A stretch of DNA of 64,000 nucleotides from Thermodesulfobacteriota bacterium (GTDB lineage: Bacteria; Desulfobacterota; Desulfarculia; JACQYL01): assembly GCA_963675595.2 (NCBI GenBank), contig CAXXLZ010000002.1:1696001-1760000 (forward strand). The letters are read 5' to 3'. The position numbers and the translations under genes were made by a program. Positions 49,759-60,595 of this stretch are shown here, piece by piece. The notes under the pieces were generated by a model. It made no database searches. It was given only the letters and a program-made list of their open reading frames with translations, and was not told where the DNA came from. The first letter of the stretch is position 1, and every line of letters starts with the position of its first letter.

Positions 49759-50186
49759 TGGAACAATTCGAACCTATGATCGTGGCATTTTGCTGCCAGT
49801 ATTGTGCGTATACCGCGGCTGATACCGCCGGCTCGGAGAAGCTCTCGTATCCGCCCAACCTGCGCATCGTCCGCGTGCCCTGCACGGGAAAGGTGGACAC
49901 CATGCACCTGATGCGGGCCTTTCAGAAGGGAGCCGACGGTGTCTGGGTCGTGAGTTGTCTCGAAGGAGATTGCCACTTCAAGGACGGTAACGTCAAAGCG
50001 GATCACCGCGTGGCCCACGTGAGAAAACTTCTGAAAGAGATCGGCGTCGGCGAAGATCGCCTCGAAATCGTCTCCTTTTCCGCTGGGATGGGAGACCGTT
50101 TTGCTCAGTCCGCTACGGACTTTACTGAGCGGATTCGCCAACTGGGTCCCAACCCGGTTCAGGGCGGCTCCCAAGCGGCTGCCTGA
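49755..50186 (+). CDS. mvhD: MvhD/FlpD-like [2Fe-2S] subunit
   Basis: AFCCQYCAYTAAD, RVPCTGKVD, GADGV, CLEGDCHF. Confidence 0.93.
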   Translation: MMEQFEPMIVAFCCQYCAYTAADTAGSEKLSYPPNLRIVRVPCTGKVDTMHLMRAFQKGADGVWVVSCLEGDCHFKDGNVKADHRVAHVRKLLKEIGVGEDRLEIVSFSAGMGDRFAQSATDFTERIRQLGPNPVQGGSQAAA

Positions 50187-50212
50187 CGGCGTACCAAAGG
50201 AGATCGACTAAT

Positions 50213-50881
50213 ATGATCACCGCTGAACGTAAACCAATGGATGAACTCATCGCTTGCGTGGAGCCCTACAAGAAGATTCTCCTCGTGGGCTGCAATGAAT
50301 GCGTGACCGTTTGCGCCGCCGGCGGACGCAAAGAAGTGGCGATACTCGCATCCGCCCTGCAGATGGCCATGAAAATGAAAGGCAAAGACCTTCAGGTAAA
50401 GGAACTCACACTGGAACGCCAGTGTGATCCGGAATACGTTGAAGAGCTCGCCCAGGAAATCAAGGATGCCGACGCCGTGCTCTCCATGGCCTGTGGTTGC
50501 GGGGTGCAGGAAGTGGCCATGAGATACAGAAACACGCCCGTTTTTCCGGCCGTGAACACCGGATTCATGGGAGCTTCCGAGCGGCAGGGCGTTTGGGCCG
50601 AACGTTGCCAGGGTTGCGGCGATTGCGTTCTGGGCATCACCGGCGGCATCTGTCCGGTGGCCCGCTGCTCCAAGCGGCTCCTCAACGGACCCTGCGGTGG
50701 TTCCACCAAAGGAAAATGCGAAATTAGTCCGGATGTGGATTGCGCCTGGCAGTTGATCTGGGATAGACTGGTGGCGCTCGGTATGCAGGATCGCTACGAG
50801 GAGATCATGGAGGCCAAGGACTGGAGAACAAGTCGAGACGGCGGGCCCCGCAAGATCGTTAGAGAGGACATGAGCGCATGA
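50213..50881 (+). CDS. metV: Methylene-THF reductase small subunit (MTHFR_C)
   Basis: GCNECVTVC, ERQCD, CQGCGDC, CPVARCSKRLLNGPCGG, CAW. Confidence 0.9.
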   Translation: MITAERKPMDELIACVEPYKKILLVGCNECVTVCAAGGRKEVAILASALQMAMKMKGKDLQVKELTLERQCDPEYVEELAQEIKDADAVLSMACGCGVQEVAMRYRNTPVFPAVNTGFMGASERQGVWAERCQGCGDCVLGITGGICPVARCSKRLLNGPCGGSTKGKCEISPDVDCAWQLIWDRLVALGMQDRYEEIMEAKDWRTSRDGGPRKIVREDMSA

Positions 50882-51804
50882 AAACCGACAGTGTCATTGA
50901 AAAAATCCTGGAATCGGGACAGATGGTCGTCACTTCGGAGTGCGGCCCCCCGAGGGGTTCCGACCCCAAGAAGGTCGAGGAAAAGGCCGAACTTTTGCGC
51001 GGCTCCGTCGACGCCATCAACGTGACGGATAATCAGACCGCCGTGGTCCGCATGTCCAGTTGGGCTGCCTGTATCATGCTTAAGCAGATGGGGCTCAACC
51101 CCATTCTTCAGATGGTTACCCGAGACCGCAACCGGCTCGCCATGCAGTCGGACATCCTCGGCGCCTACGCCCACGGGGTCAACTCCATGCTGTGCCTGTC
51201 CGGGGATCATCCCCGGTTCGGCGACCACCCCATGGCCTGCAACGTCTACGACCTGGACTCCATGCAGCTCATTCAAACCGTTTATAAAATGCGCGAAGAA
51301 GGCAAGTTCCAGGGCGGCGAAGACATACAAGTGCCTCCCAAGATGTTCATCGGAGCTGCGGCCAACCCCTTCGCCGATCCCTTCGAGCTACGCGTGGCGC
51401 GTTTGGCCAAAAAGGTCAAAGCCGGTGTGGACTTCATCCAAACCCAGTGCATCTACAACATCGACAAGTTCGAGCGCTGGATGGAAGGGGTACGGGAAAG
51501 AGGATTGCACGAGAAAGTCGCCATCCTTGCCGGTGTCACTCCCATGAAATCCGCCGGTATGGCCAAGTACATGAAGAACAAAGTTCCCGGCATGGACGTT
51601 CCGGACGACGTGGTCAAGCGTTTGACCGGAGTGGCCAAAGGCGATCAGGCCAAAGAAGGCATTAAGATGTGCATCGAAACCATCCAGCGCCTCAAGGAAA
51701 TCAAGGGCGTGCGCGGTTTCCACATCATGGCCATCGAATGGGAACAAAAAGTTCCGGAGATCGTTGAAGCCGCCGGGCTTCTTCCGCGTCCCAAAATCGA
51801 CTGA
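50878..51804 (+). CDS. metF: Methylenetetrahydrofolate reductase
   Basis: TSECGPP, NVTDNQ, RDRNRLAMQ, LSGDH, KKVKAGVDFIQTQ, GFHIM. Confidence 0.95.
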   Translation: MKTDSVIEKILESGQMVVTSECGPPRGSDPKKVEEKAELLRGSVDAINVTDNQTAVVRMSSWAACIMLKQMGLNPILQMVTRDRNRLAMQSDILGAYAHGVNSMLCLSGDHPRFGDHPMACNVYDLDSMQLIQTVYKMREEGKFQGGEDIQVPPKMFIGAAANPFADPFELRVARLAKKVKAGVDFIQTQCIYNIDKFERWMEGVRERGLHEKVAILAGVTPMKSAGMAKYMKNKVPGMDVPDDVVKRLTGVAKGDQAKEGIKMCIETIQRLKEIKGVRGFHIMAIEWEQKVPEIVEAAGLLPRPKID

Positions 51805-51827
51805 TCAAATACTCGGATAAAACGAAC

Positions 51828-51871
51828 ACGCCGCGCAAGCGCCCTTTCATGGGTGCCTGTGCGGCGTTTTT
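51828..51871 (+). terminator. Intrinsic terminator after metF
   Basis: ACGCCGCGCAAGCGCCC / GGGTGCCTGTGCGGCGT hairpin followed by a T run. Confidence 0.7.
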
Positions 51872-52016
51872 ATCGTTGGTTCCTTGTTGTCGCGTCGTCG
51901 AACGCGAGAGAATCCACTGTTTTCTAAGGCCGTTCGGTTCCGCGTAGGGCTTGCCGTGGATCCGGAGGTGCACTCTCAAGCGTTCCGAGGCCTCTCGGAT
52001 TCATGCCGGATAATTG

Positions 52017-54614
52017 TCAGTTCAAAGCATGCTCAATGGCCCGGACGATTTCAGCCCGCTGTTCGGCATCGTCGATCTTGTCTCCCATCAGGTTCCTGAC
52101 ATAGAAAACGTCCGCGGCCAAATCTCCCTTGTCCGAGATGAACGCTCGGCAGATGTCCAGGTCCAGTTCACTGATCGCCCTCGCAACTTCCGAGAGGATT
52201 CCCATCCGGTCCGGCGTGAAGACTTCGATGACCGTAAAAAAGTCGGACGCATCGGGCAAAACGACCACCTGGGTCTTCATTCTGGGGGTGAGCTTCTGCT
52301 GAATCTGCCTGGGAGGCTTCACACTGGACATCTTAGCGGTCAAAGCCAATTTACCCGAAACCGCCTTTTCGAAATCCTTTCGGATTCTCTCCCATTCCTG
52401 ATAGTCATCCCAGGGCGCTTTCACCTCGAACACGTCCAAGGCGATCCCGTTGAACCAGGTGAATACTTTCGCTCTGCGGATGTCGAAATGGTTCAGCGCG
52501 AAGACACCTGCAAGCCTGGCGAACAGACCGGGCCGGTCCATGGCGGAAATCGTGACTTCGAACAGTCCTTCGCACGGTTCCACATCCACGGCGACATCAG
52601 ACGGCGATTTCACCTTTTCGGACAGATCGAAATGCTTGAAAATCGTCTCGGGAGGGAAACTCAGGACATATTCCTGGGGAAGCTGGTCCAGACGTTTCTC
52701 AGATTCTTTGCCCCATATATCTGCAGCTTTCCCACGCAACGCGACCCAACGCTCCTCCAATCCGGCAACAGCGTAAGGGTCCTTCAGCGACCCCCGTTCC
52801 AAAATCTTCAGGCTCTTCATGAAGAGCTCACTGACAAGGGACGCCTTCCAGGAACTCCATGCCGTGGGTCCCGTGGCGCGAGCATCCGCAATCGTGATCA
52901 GATAAAGCATACACAGCGTTTCGACTCGGCCGATCTCCTTGGCGAAACGGAAAGCGACCCGTTCTTCCGAAAGGTCTCTCCTCATGGCCGTTTCGGCGAG
53001 TCGAAGATGTTTCTGAACCAGGAACTTGACGATCTCCGCATCGTCTTCGCCGAACCCGAGCCAAAGGGTCAGGTCCCGGGCCACATCGGCGCCGGTTTCC
53101 GAATGAGGGGAGCCGAAGCCCTTGCCGATATCATGGAGAAGCGCGGCCACGGCTACAAGTTCAATGTCTCTGATCCTGCCGAAAACATCGTCCTCGTCGT
53201 TCTGCAGATTGATCAGTTCCTGAACCGCCAGGATGCTGTGATGATCCGCCGTCCATGTGTGGTAGACATCAAACTGGGTTTGAGCCTTGATCTTCTGGAA
53301 GGCGGGCATGAAACGCTCAAGCACTCCCGTTTCCAGCATGGCAAGCAAGGATCTCCCGACTCCGACTCCGAGAAGCGTTCTTCGAAAAGAGCTTTTAGCC
53401 TCCATCGACTCACGGGCCGCATTGGTCAGATCCAGGCGGGTGCGGACGATCTGTCTCGCCGATGGGTGCATGGCCCTGTCCAAATGGGACATGTGTTCGA
53501 AAAGACGCAGCAAAAGCGTGGGGTTCTTTTCCAACGATTCCGGTGAAGAGAAATTGATGCGGCCGGAAACCACTTCAAAGTCCTCGTCGATACCGAATCG
53601 CGTTTCATCGCGAAAACCGTCCAGCACATCTCGGGCTCGTTCAAGAAATGCTTCGCTTTGGGCCTTCACATGGAAAACTTCGTGGTGGAACACCTTCATG
53701 AACGATTCAACCGTCTTTTCCGGGGTGGGCTCACGAATCCCCATCTCTCTCGCGAGAGCCTCCTGATGCTGGAAGAAGAGCCGATCGTTCTTACGCTTGG
53801 ACAAGTGATGGAGCTTGCAACGAACCTGCAAAATGAAATCAACGCCGATTTCGATTTCTTCCCGGTCCCGCTCGGTGATGAGCCCTTTCTCCAAGAGCTG
53901 GGAAAAATTGGACAGCCCGAAAAGCGCCTTGGCGGCCCAAAGGATACTGTGATAATCACGCAATCCTCCGTGCCCTTCCTTCAGGTCCGGCTCAAGACTA
54001 TACGTGTCGTCGCCGAATTGTTCGTGGCGCCTTTCGTTGTGCAGCATCAGGTCTTCGATAAAGGAACCCCGCCTCCCCGCCAGGATTTCTTCCCGAAATT
54101 CATGGACCAGTTTGCGAAAATTCTTTTCACTTCCGTAAAGCAGTCTGGCGTCGAGGAGCGACGTCAGCAACAGAAAGTCCTTGGAAGCGTCCTCGATGGC
54201 CTCTTCCACGGTCCTGACGCTGTGGCTCGCGTCGAGCTTCATGTCCCACAAGGGGTAGACGATCTCGCTGATCATTCCCGCAATACGATCACGGCTCACC
54301 CCCTTTTCCGTGAGGATGAGCAGGTCCACATCGGAACAAGGGCAGAGCTCCCTTCGCCCGTATCCTCCCAAAGCGACCAATGAAATGCCTTGACCAATTT
54401 CAGCCGCTTTCTCTTCACAAATTCTAATGATCTGCTCGTCGACCCTCTTGCTGAGGTCGTGCACTTCCCGCCAACCGGGTAGATCTTGTACGCACTCTAC
54501 CGGATGGGTTTCCACCATGGGGTCGTAGTCGTCGAAACAACCCTCGGGGATCGTGCAGCCACGTTCCTTCTTCTTCCAAAAAACCAGACGGCTCAAACCT
54601 TTTTCCATTTTCAT
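52017..54614 (-). CDS. glnD: [Protein-PII] uridylyltransferase
   Basis: ALGGYGRRELCPCSDVDL, EPDLKEG.GGLRD, LLHDIGKG, two ACT domains (DRPGLF, DRMGIL). Confidence 0.95.
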   Translation of the reverse strand: MKMEKGLSRLVFWKKKERGCTIPEGCFDDYDPMVETHPVECVQDLPGWREVHDLSKRVDEQIIRICEEKAAEIGQGISLVALGGYGRRELCPCSDVDLLILTEKGVSRDRIAGMISEIVYPLWDMKLDASHSVRTVEEAIEDASKDFLLLTSLLDARLLYGSEKNFRKLVHEFREEILAGRRGSFIEDLMLHNERRHEQFGDDTYSLEPDLKEGHGGLRDYHSILWAAKALFGLSNFSQLLEKGLITERDREEIEIGVDFILQVRCKLHHLSKRKNDRLFFQHQEALAREMGIREPTPEKTVESFMKVFHHEVFHVKAQSEAFLERARDVLDGFRDETRFGIDEDFEVVSGRINFSSPESLEKNPTLLLRLFEHMSHLDRAMHPSARQIVRTRLDLTNAARESMEAKSSFRRTLLGVGVGRSLLAMLETGVLERFMPAFQKIKAQTQFDVYHTWTADHHSILAVQELINLQNDEDDVFGRIRDIELVAVAALLHDIGKGFGSPHSETGADVARDLTLWLGFGEDDAEIVKFLVQKHLRLAETAMRRDLSEERVAFRFAKEIGRVETLCMLYLITIADARATGPTAWSSWKASLVSELFMKSLKILERGSLKDPYAVAGLEERWVALRGKAADIWGKESEKRLDQLPQEYVLSFPPETIFKHFDLSEKVKSPSDVAVDVEPCEGLFEVTISAMDRPGLFARLAGVFALNHFDIRRAKVFTWFNGIALDVFEVKAPWDDYQEWERIRKDFEKAVSGKLALTAKMSSVKPPRQIQQKLTPRMKTQVVVLPDASDFFTVIEVFTPDRMGILSEVARAISELDLDICRAFISDKGDLAADVFYVRNLMGDKIDDAEQRAEIVRAIEHALN

Positions 54615-54828
54615 TCATCGGGCGCCAGCCCGACCTCATCGACGGAATATGTTTGTGAAAACCGGGAATTGATATCCGTGAGGCGATGAATCGCAGAATA
54701 GGTTCCCCTCCGGACCCTGCAAGCGGAAAAATGATCCCGGAAGGAGGGGCTCCTATTGAGCCCGCCTTCCGGTTGGACCTTGCGTAACAGCTTTAGGAGG
54801 GCTTAGCGTCCCAAAACCGCTCGATATT

Positions 54829-55221
<393 letters not shown>

Positions 55222-56442
55222 CTAGATAATCAGCGTGTAACCTGTCTCGCTGTGTTCCGCCAAATCGAGGCCCTGCTGTTCGCTTTCCTCCGAAACACGG
55301 AGTCCGAAAATCGCATCGGTGATCTTGAGTAGAATCGCGGAGACGATGAACGAGTAGAGAATTACGACCACTGCTGCAATCAATTGAATTACGAACTGGC
55401 CCGGATTCCCGTAAAACAGCCCGTTCACCGCGTCGGGATTGGCGGCCGTCGAAGCAAACAAGCCCGTAGCCAGCGCGCCCCAGAGTCCCCCCGCGCCGTG
55501 AACGGCCACCACATCAAGGGCGTCGTCATATCCTATCTTCTCTTTGGCCAGTACGAACAGGTAGCATATTACACCCGCCACAAGCCCGATGACAACCGCA
55601 GAAACCGGACTCACAAAGCCGGCCGCGGGCGTCACGGCCACAAGACCCGCCAGAGCGCCGGAGGCGGCACCCAACGTCGTGGGTTTACCCCGCAGGACAC
55701 GTTCGGCAAAGATCCAGGACACGGCCGCCGCTCCCGTAGCCACCTGAGTGTTGAAAAACGCCAGCGCCGCCAGGCTGCCCGAGGCGAGAGCACTTCCCGC
55801 ATTGAACCCGAACCAGCCGAACCACAGAATACCGGCCCCAAGAATCGTGGTGGGGAGGTTATGCGGATGGATGGGCTCCTTCCTCCAGCCTTTTCGTCGT
55901 CCGATGAGAAGCGCGGCAGCCAAGGCCGCAGCCCCCGAGTTGATGTGAATCACCGTTCCCCCGGCGAAATCCAGAGCTCCCATGGCTCCGATCCAGCCGC
56001 CGCCCCAAACCCAGTGACAAACCGGGGCATAGACCACCGTCAGCCAAAGAATCGTAAACAGAACGAAAGACTTGAACTTCATCCGCTCCGCGAATGCGCC
56101 GGTAATCAGGGCCGGCGTAATGATCGCGAACATGAGTTGGAATGCGCAGAACAGCAGGTCGGGGATGGTGTCCGAATAGGGCCCCGGTGTCAAGCCGACC
56201 CCGTTCAGCAACGCGTATTTGAGGTTCCCCACGACGCCGCCCACATCCGGTCCGAACGCCAAGCTGTATCCATAAAACACCCAGATCAGCGAGACGATTC
56301 CCAGACAGATGAAGCTCTGCATCATCGTAGCCAATACGTTCTTTGTCCGAACCAATCCGCCGTAAAACAGCGCGAGTCCGGGGGTCATAAACATCACGAG
56401 TGCCGTCGCCACGAGCATGAAAGCGGTATCACCAGTATCCAT
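55222..56442 (-). CDS. amtB: Ammonium transporter
   Basis: MTPGLALFYGG, FQLMFAIIT, DFAGGTVIH, WFGWFGFN, DDALDV..VHG. Confidence 0.97.
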   Translation of the reverse strand: MDTGDTAFMLVATALVMFMTPGLALFYGGLVRTKNVLATMMQSFICLGIVSLIWVFYGYSLAFGPDVGGVVGNLKYALLNGVGLTPGPYSDTIPDLLFCAFQLMFAIITPALITGAFAERMKFKSFVLFTILWLTVVYAPVCHWVWGGGWIGAMGALDFAGGTVIHINSGAAALAAALLIGRRKGWRKEPIHPHNLPTTILGAGILWFGWFGFNAGSALASGSLAALAFFNTQVATGAAAVSWIFAERVLRGKPTTLGAASGALAGLVAVTPAAGFVSPVSAVVIGLVAGVICYLFVLAKEKIGYDDALDVVAVHGAGGLWGALATGLFASTAANPDAVNGLFYGNPGQFVIQLIAAVVVILYSFIVSAILLKITDAIFGLRVSEESEQQGLDLAEHSETGYTLII

Positions 56443-56663
56443 GAGTCTCCCTATCCTCCTACCGTTTAGTAGTGTTATGTGTGCCTGTTGGGTAAGAGGC
56501 AAACAAGACTCGTGCCGGCTCGCATATAAGCCCCTAACGCTCTGAACTTATTTACCTTTTCAGTCCCGCAATTCCGATCCTCTCTCCCGGGAGCACCTTG
56601 TCGCGACACAAGTTTGTATCACACGATTCAAAAAGTTCGGCTCGGTAGGATTCCTGCCGGTAC

Positions 56664-56699
56664 GGAACACTGTGGGCATGGAACACTGTGGGCATGGAA
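56664..56699 (+). repeat. 16-bp tandem repeat GGAACACTGTGGGCAT x2 (+GGAA)
   Basis: Exact tandem copies upstream of amtB. Confidence 0.85.
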
Positions 56700-57020
56700 T
56701 TCGGTTGAAGCGAGCCGGTCTCGTTCAAACGAGGAGACCTTCTCTGCAAAAGGCGCGGATATAATATGGAAAGACGACGTGGCGCAGTAACGCTATAGAG
56801 CCGAGCGGGTTTGCTCCCGTACGCTCTCCTGAATGCGCAGGCCCGCGCAGGTGGAGCGGAATGCCTCCCCCGACGGGCCTCCTCACGCTTTCCGGCCTGC
56901 GGTAGCCAAAGATTAAAAAAAAGGAAGAAGATTGGTGAAAAGAGGAGCACGCCGCATTCAGAGGAACTCCCGTCGCAACTTGCCCGCATCACGAGACCAA
57001 GTCCCCGGAATGGACGAGCG

Positions 57021-57566
57021 CTAATCGGACAAGCGGATCACCAGCGGATTGTAATTGAGTCGATCCTGGAGCTCCTGCCTGAAACGTTTGGCGTCGTCCG
57101 AGCTTTTGAAATCTCCGCTCCGGATGACATACCAAATCTTGTTTTCGGACGTCATGGCCTGCACCCAACCCGCGATTCCCTGCTTCTTGAGCTTCTCCAT
57201 GAATTGTTGGGCACGCTCCCTGCTTCGCAAGGCCGCGATCTGGACGGTGTAATGATATTCCGACCCTCCCTCGGGGATTCGGGTCTCTTCCTGCACCCTG
57301 CTAAGGTCGTCGAAGAACTCGAGTTGGGGATTGAACAGCTCGTCCTCTTCGGGCTGATCCGCCCCCTCCCCTTCGACTACTCCGACCAAGGAGCCGGAAG
57401 CCTTGGAAAACAAGTATTTGGGCCGCAGAGAATCCGGTATCATATCCCGGTCGGCCATGACGCCGAGAACAAACATCCACCCGGACCATCCCAGGAAAAG
57501 GATGATCCACAAAAGGAACTTGGCGACGACCCCGCCCGTTCCCGCTTCTTTTCTCTTTACGGCCAT
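57021..57566 (-). CDS. SPOR-domain membrane protein (FtsN-like position downstream of argS)
   Basis: N-terminal TM; YTVQIAALR...WYVIRSGDF. Confidence 0.85.
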   Translation of the reverse strand: MAVKRKEAGTGGVVAKFLLWIILFLGWSGWMFVLGVMADRDMIPDSLRPKYLFSKASGSLVGVVEGEGADQPEEDELFNPQLEFFDDLSRVQEETRIPEGGSEYHYTVQIAALRSRERAQQFMEKLKKQGIAGWVQAMTSENKIWYVIRSGDFKSSDDAKRFRQELQDRLNYNPLVIRLSD

Positions 57567-57576
57567 ACGGTTGGAC

Positions 57577-59241
57577 TCACATCCTGTCCGGGGCGGTGAC
57601 TCCGAGCAACCCCAATCCGTTGCGAATCACGGTACGGACCGCGGTCACGAAATGAAGACGCGCCTGCGTCAGATCCGCGTCCTCGCTCATAATCCGGTGC
57701 TCTTTATAAAACCGGTGGAAGTCGGTGACGAGGTCGGTCAGATAGTACGTGAGACGATGCGGTTCCAGATTCTCGGCACAGGTTTGAACGATTTCCGTGA
57801 AATCGTTCATGCGCTTCAAAATGGCCAGGGATTCCTTGTCGTCCAGCAGGTCCGGATTCACGGATTCCAGCGGCCTCATCTCGATGCCGCGTTCCGCGGC
57901 AATGGCCAGTACGCTGCAGATCCGGGCATGGGCGTACTGGACATAGAAGACCGGGTTGTCGTTGGTTTGGGCTTTGGCCACGTCCAAATCGAAGTCCAAA
58001 GCGCTGTCGCCTCGCCGAGTGAGAAAAATGAATCGCGCCGCATCCCTTCCCACCTCCTCGATGACCTCCCGCAGCGTGACGAAGGTGCCGGCCCGCGTGC
58101 TCATGGAAACCGGGTGCCCGCCGCGCAACAGATTCACCAACTGGACCAGGATGACTTGGAGCCGGTTGGACCCGTCCGTTTCAAGAGCCTCCATGACCGC
58201 CTTGATACGGGGGACATACCCGTGATGGTCCGCGCCCCAGATGTCGATCAAGAGATTGAAACCCCGCTGCAGCTTGTCCCAATGGTAGGACACGTCGGAC
58301 GCGAAATACGTCGCTTCTCCGGTGTTTCGCACCAAGACACGGTCTTTTTCGTCGCCGAACTCCGTGGCCTTAAACCAAAGAGCGCCCTCCGCCTCATACG
58401 TGAGCCCTTTGGCCTTCAGGTAATCGAAGGCCTTTTCCACCGCTCCGGCCGAAGTCAGGGACTTTTCGCTGAACCAATGGTCGAACCTCACACCGAAGTT
58501 TGCCAAGTCCTCCCGAATCCCGTCCAGAATCCTTGAAGCCGCGAATCGGGAGCAGTGGGCAATTGCCTCCCCGTCGGAAGCGAACCCGGAAATAGGATGC
58601 GTACGAGCCACTTCATCGGCGATCTCCCGGATGTAGTCACCCTGATAGCACGTGGTCGGATACTCGATGGTCTCCCCGCCGGCCTCCTTCATACGAAGCC
58701 ACACGGACCTTCCCAGAGTTTCCATCTGGGTTCCCGCATCATTGATGTAATACTCCCGTTCCACGTCGAAACCGGCCGCCTGGAGCAAATTGGCGATGAC
58801 GTCCCCCAGGGCGGCTCCCCGACCGTGGCCTACGTGGAGAGGCCCTGTAGGGTTGGCGCTCACGAACTCAACCTGCACCTTGCGTCCGCCCCCCACGTTG
58901 GACGTTCCGAAACGCTCCCCCTCGCGAGCCACGGTGCGGATCACCTCCCGCCACTTCGACTCCGCGATGAAGAAATTGATGAAACCCGGACCGGCGATTT
59001 CGGTTTTCGCGATCCAATGCTCGGGGTCCTCCAAATGATCCAAGATGGTCCGGGCGATTTTCACGGGCGCGGTCTTCTGAGACGCAGCCAGCACCATGGC
59101 GGCGTTACAGGCCAGATCGCCGTGCTGCTCCGACTTCGGAGTTTCCAGTTTGTATTCGACTGATTCAAAAGGTTGGAAAACGCCCGATTCCACCAAACGA
59201 TGGAGGGTGTCGTCCAACATCCGCTTGAGTTCGTTTTTCAC
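57577..59241 (-). CDS. argS: Arginine--tRNA ligase
   Basis: VEFVSANPTGPLHVGH, WGADHHGY, MSTRAG, YVQYAHAR. Confidence 0.98.
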   Translation of the reverse strand: MKNELKRMLDDTLHRLVESGVFQPFESVEYKLETPKSEQHGDLACNAAMVLAASQKTAPVKIARTILDHLEDPEHWIAKTEIAGPGFINFFIAESKWREVIRTVAREGERFGTSNVGGGRKVQVEFVSANPTGPLHVGHGRGAALGDVIANLLQAAGFDVEREYYINDAGTQMETLGRSVWLRMKEAGGETIEYPTTCYQGDYIREIADEVARTHPISGFASDGEAIAHCSRFAASRILDGIREDLANFGVRFDHWFSEKSLTSAGAVEKAFDYLKAKGLTYEAEGALWFKATEFGDEKDRVLVRNTGEATYFASDVSYHWDKLQRGFNLLIDIWGADHHGYVPRIKAVMEALETDGSNRLQVILVQLVNLLRGGHPVSMSTRAGTFVTLREVIEEVGRDAARFIFLTRRGDSALDFDLDVAKAQTNDNPVFYVQYAHARICSVLAIAAERGIEMRPLESVNPDLLDDKESLAILKRMNDFTEIVQTCAENLEPHRLTYYLTDLVTDFHRFYKEHRIMSEDADLTQARLHFVTAVRTVIRNGLGLLGVTAPDRM

Positions 59242-60470
59242 TACTTCTTTCCTTCCTGTCGCTTCTTCCCTATGCCGTCCCCTTCTGCAGCCGGCCCGTC
59301 CATGGAATTTAGAAAGGCTTTTGGATTGGCATTTCCCAGGGAAGTAAAAATCTCATAGCTGATCGTACCCGCCCGACGGGCAAGCTCGTCGGCCGTGATT
59401 TCCTCCGCCCCCTGACGTCCCAGAAACACCGCCGGATCGCCGGGCTGAACGCCTTCGATATGAGTGACATCCGCCATGGTGAGGTTCATGCATACTCGCC
59501 CGCGTACCGGGGCTCTGCGACCGTGAATCAGCAGTTCGGCGTTGTTGGAAAATCCACGAAAATAACCGTCGCTGTATCCTACGGGCAGAACGGCGATAAC
59601 CGAAGGTCGATCGGTCACGTAGGTGCGGCCGTAGGAAATGCTCGTGCCCGTCGGAACCCGTTTCACCTGGATCACGGCGGAACGCAGGGACATGACGGGT
59701 TTGAGCTCCGCCTTGCCGATGAGTGGACGCGAGGGAGCGGCTCCGTACAAGGTCAATCCCACTCGAACCATCTCGGCGCCGGTGTCCAAGTCGTTCAAGC
59801 ACGCTCCGCTGTTGGATATATGATTGTGAGCGGGGTCAAGGCCGTATCTGCGGGCCATCTCCAGCACCCGGCGGAACGCGGCCGTCTGCTCGCGCGTATA
59901 CTGGGCCTCCGTCGGGTCTTCCGAGGCGGCGAAGTGTGAAACAATGCCGTCGAGGCGCAAATGAGTCAATCGAGCGAACCCCGACAGGATTTCCTCCGCC
60001 TCCCCCACAAACGCCCCGATGCGGCACATACCCGTGTCCACTTTTAAGTGAACGTCCAAAGTCCTTCCCAACCCCTCGGCCACGGCGTTAAGTCCCAAAG
60101 CGTCCTCCCAGCGGTAGACCACCGGGGTCAGTCCGTGGGCCACACAGGTCTCCCACTCTCTCTCGAGCGCACCCATGAGTATCACAATGGGAAGCGAAAT
60201 GCCTTCCCGACGCAGAAGGAGCGCCTCTTCCACTGAAAACACGGCCAGAGCGTCGCACCCTTCCGCCTCGAGTCTCTTGGATACGGGAAGCATTCCGTGA
60301 CCATAGGCGTCGGCTTTGACCACTGCGATGACCTTCCGACGCCGGGGCGCCGCCCCGCGGATTTCCTTGAGGTTGTGAGCCAAGGCTCCCAAATCGATTT
60401 CCAGGACGTTACGAAACAGGTCCGGAAAGTGTCCGTTTTGCAGATTTCCCGTCACCACCGATTCCTTCAT
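59241..60470 (-). CDS. alr: Alanine racemase (start approximate)
   Basis: AVVKADAYGHG, HLKVDTGM.RIG, GYSDG, GRVCMN, TISYE. Confidence 0.96.
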   Translation of the reverse strand: MKESVVTGNLQNGHFPDLFRNVLEIDLGALAHNLKEIRGAAPRRRKVIAVVKADAYGHGMLPVSKRLEAEGCDALAVFSVEEALLLRREGISLPIVILMGALEREWETCVAHGLTPVVYRWEDALGLNAVAEGLGRTLDVHLKVDTGMCRIGAFVGEAEEILSGFARLTHLRLDGIVSHFAASEDPTEAQYTREQTAAFRRVLEMARRYGLDPAHNHISNSGACLNDLDTGAEMVRVGLTLYGAAPSRPLIGKAELKPVMSLRSAVIQVKRVPTGTSISYGRTYVTDRPSVIAVLPVGYSDGYFRGFSNNAELLIHGRRAPVRGRVCMNLTMADVTHIEGVQPGDPAVFLGRQGAEEITADELARRAGTISYEIFTSLGNANPKAFLNSMDGPAAEGDGIGKKRQEGKK

Positions 60471-60490
60471 TCCCGGAGTATCCGGGATGG

Positions 60491-60595
60491 CCGGCCCGTT
60501 GAAGAAGCCGGAGTATTCCAGATTGTTGAAAGACCATGACATGCAAGGCCCGCAAAGCCGGCGCACCGATTCCCGCGTCTTTCCAAGACGCCCGT
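60491..60595. repeat. Degenerate, internally deleted copy of MITE family 1
   Basis: GGCCCGTTGAAGAAGCCGG...GACATGCAAGG.CGCAAA...CGCGTCTTTCCAA matches the reverse complement of 37597-37748. Confidence 0.65.

Noticed and set aside
46723-50186. Selenocysteine recoding in hdrA/mvhD
   Set aside because: Both frames are open with Cys at the relevant motifs; no in-frame TGA is needed.
52014-53546. Long antisense ORFs (e.g. 510 aa opposite glnD, 363 aa at 16411, 377 aa at 57403, 323 aa at 5169)
   Set aside because: Shadow frames of well-supported genes in GC-rich DNA, with no recognisable motifs.
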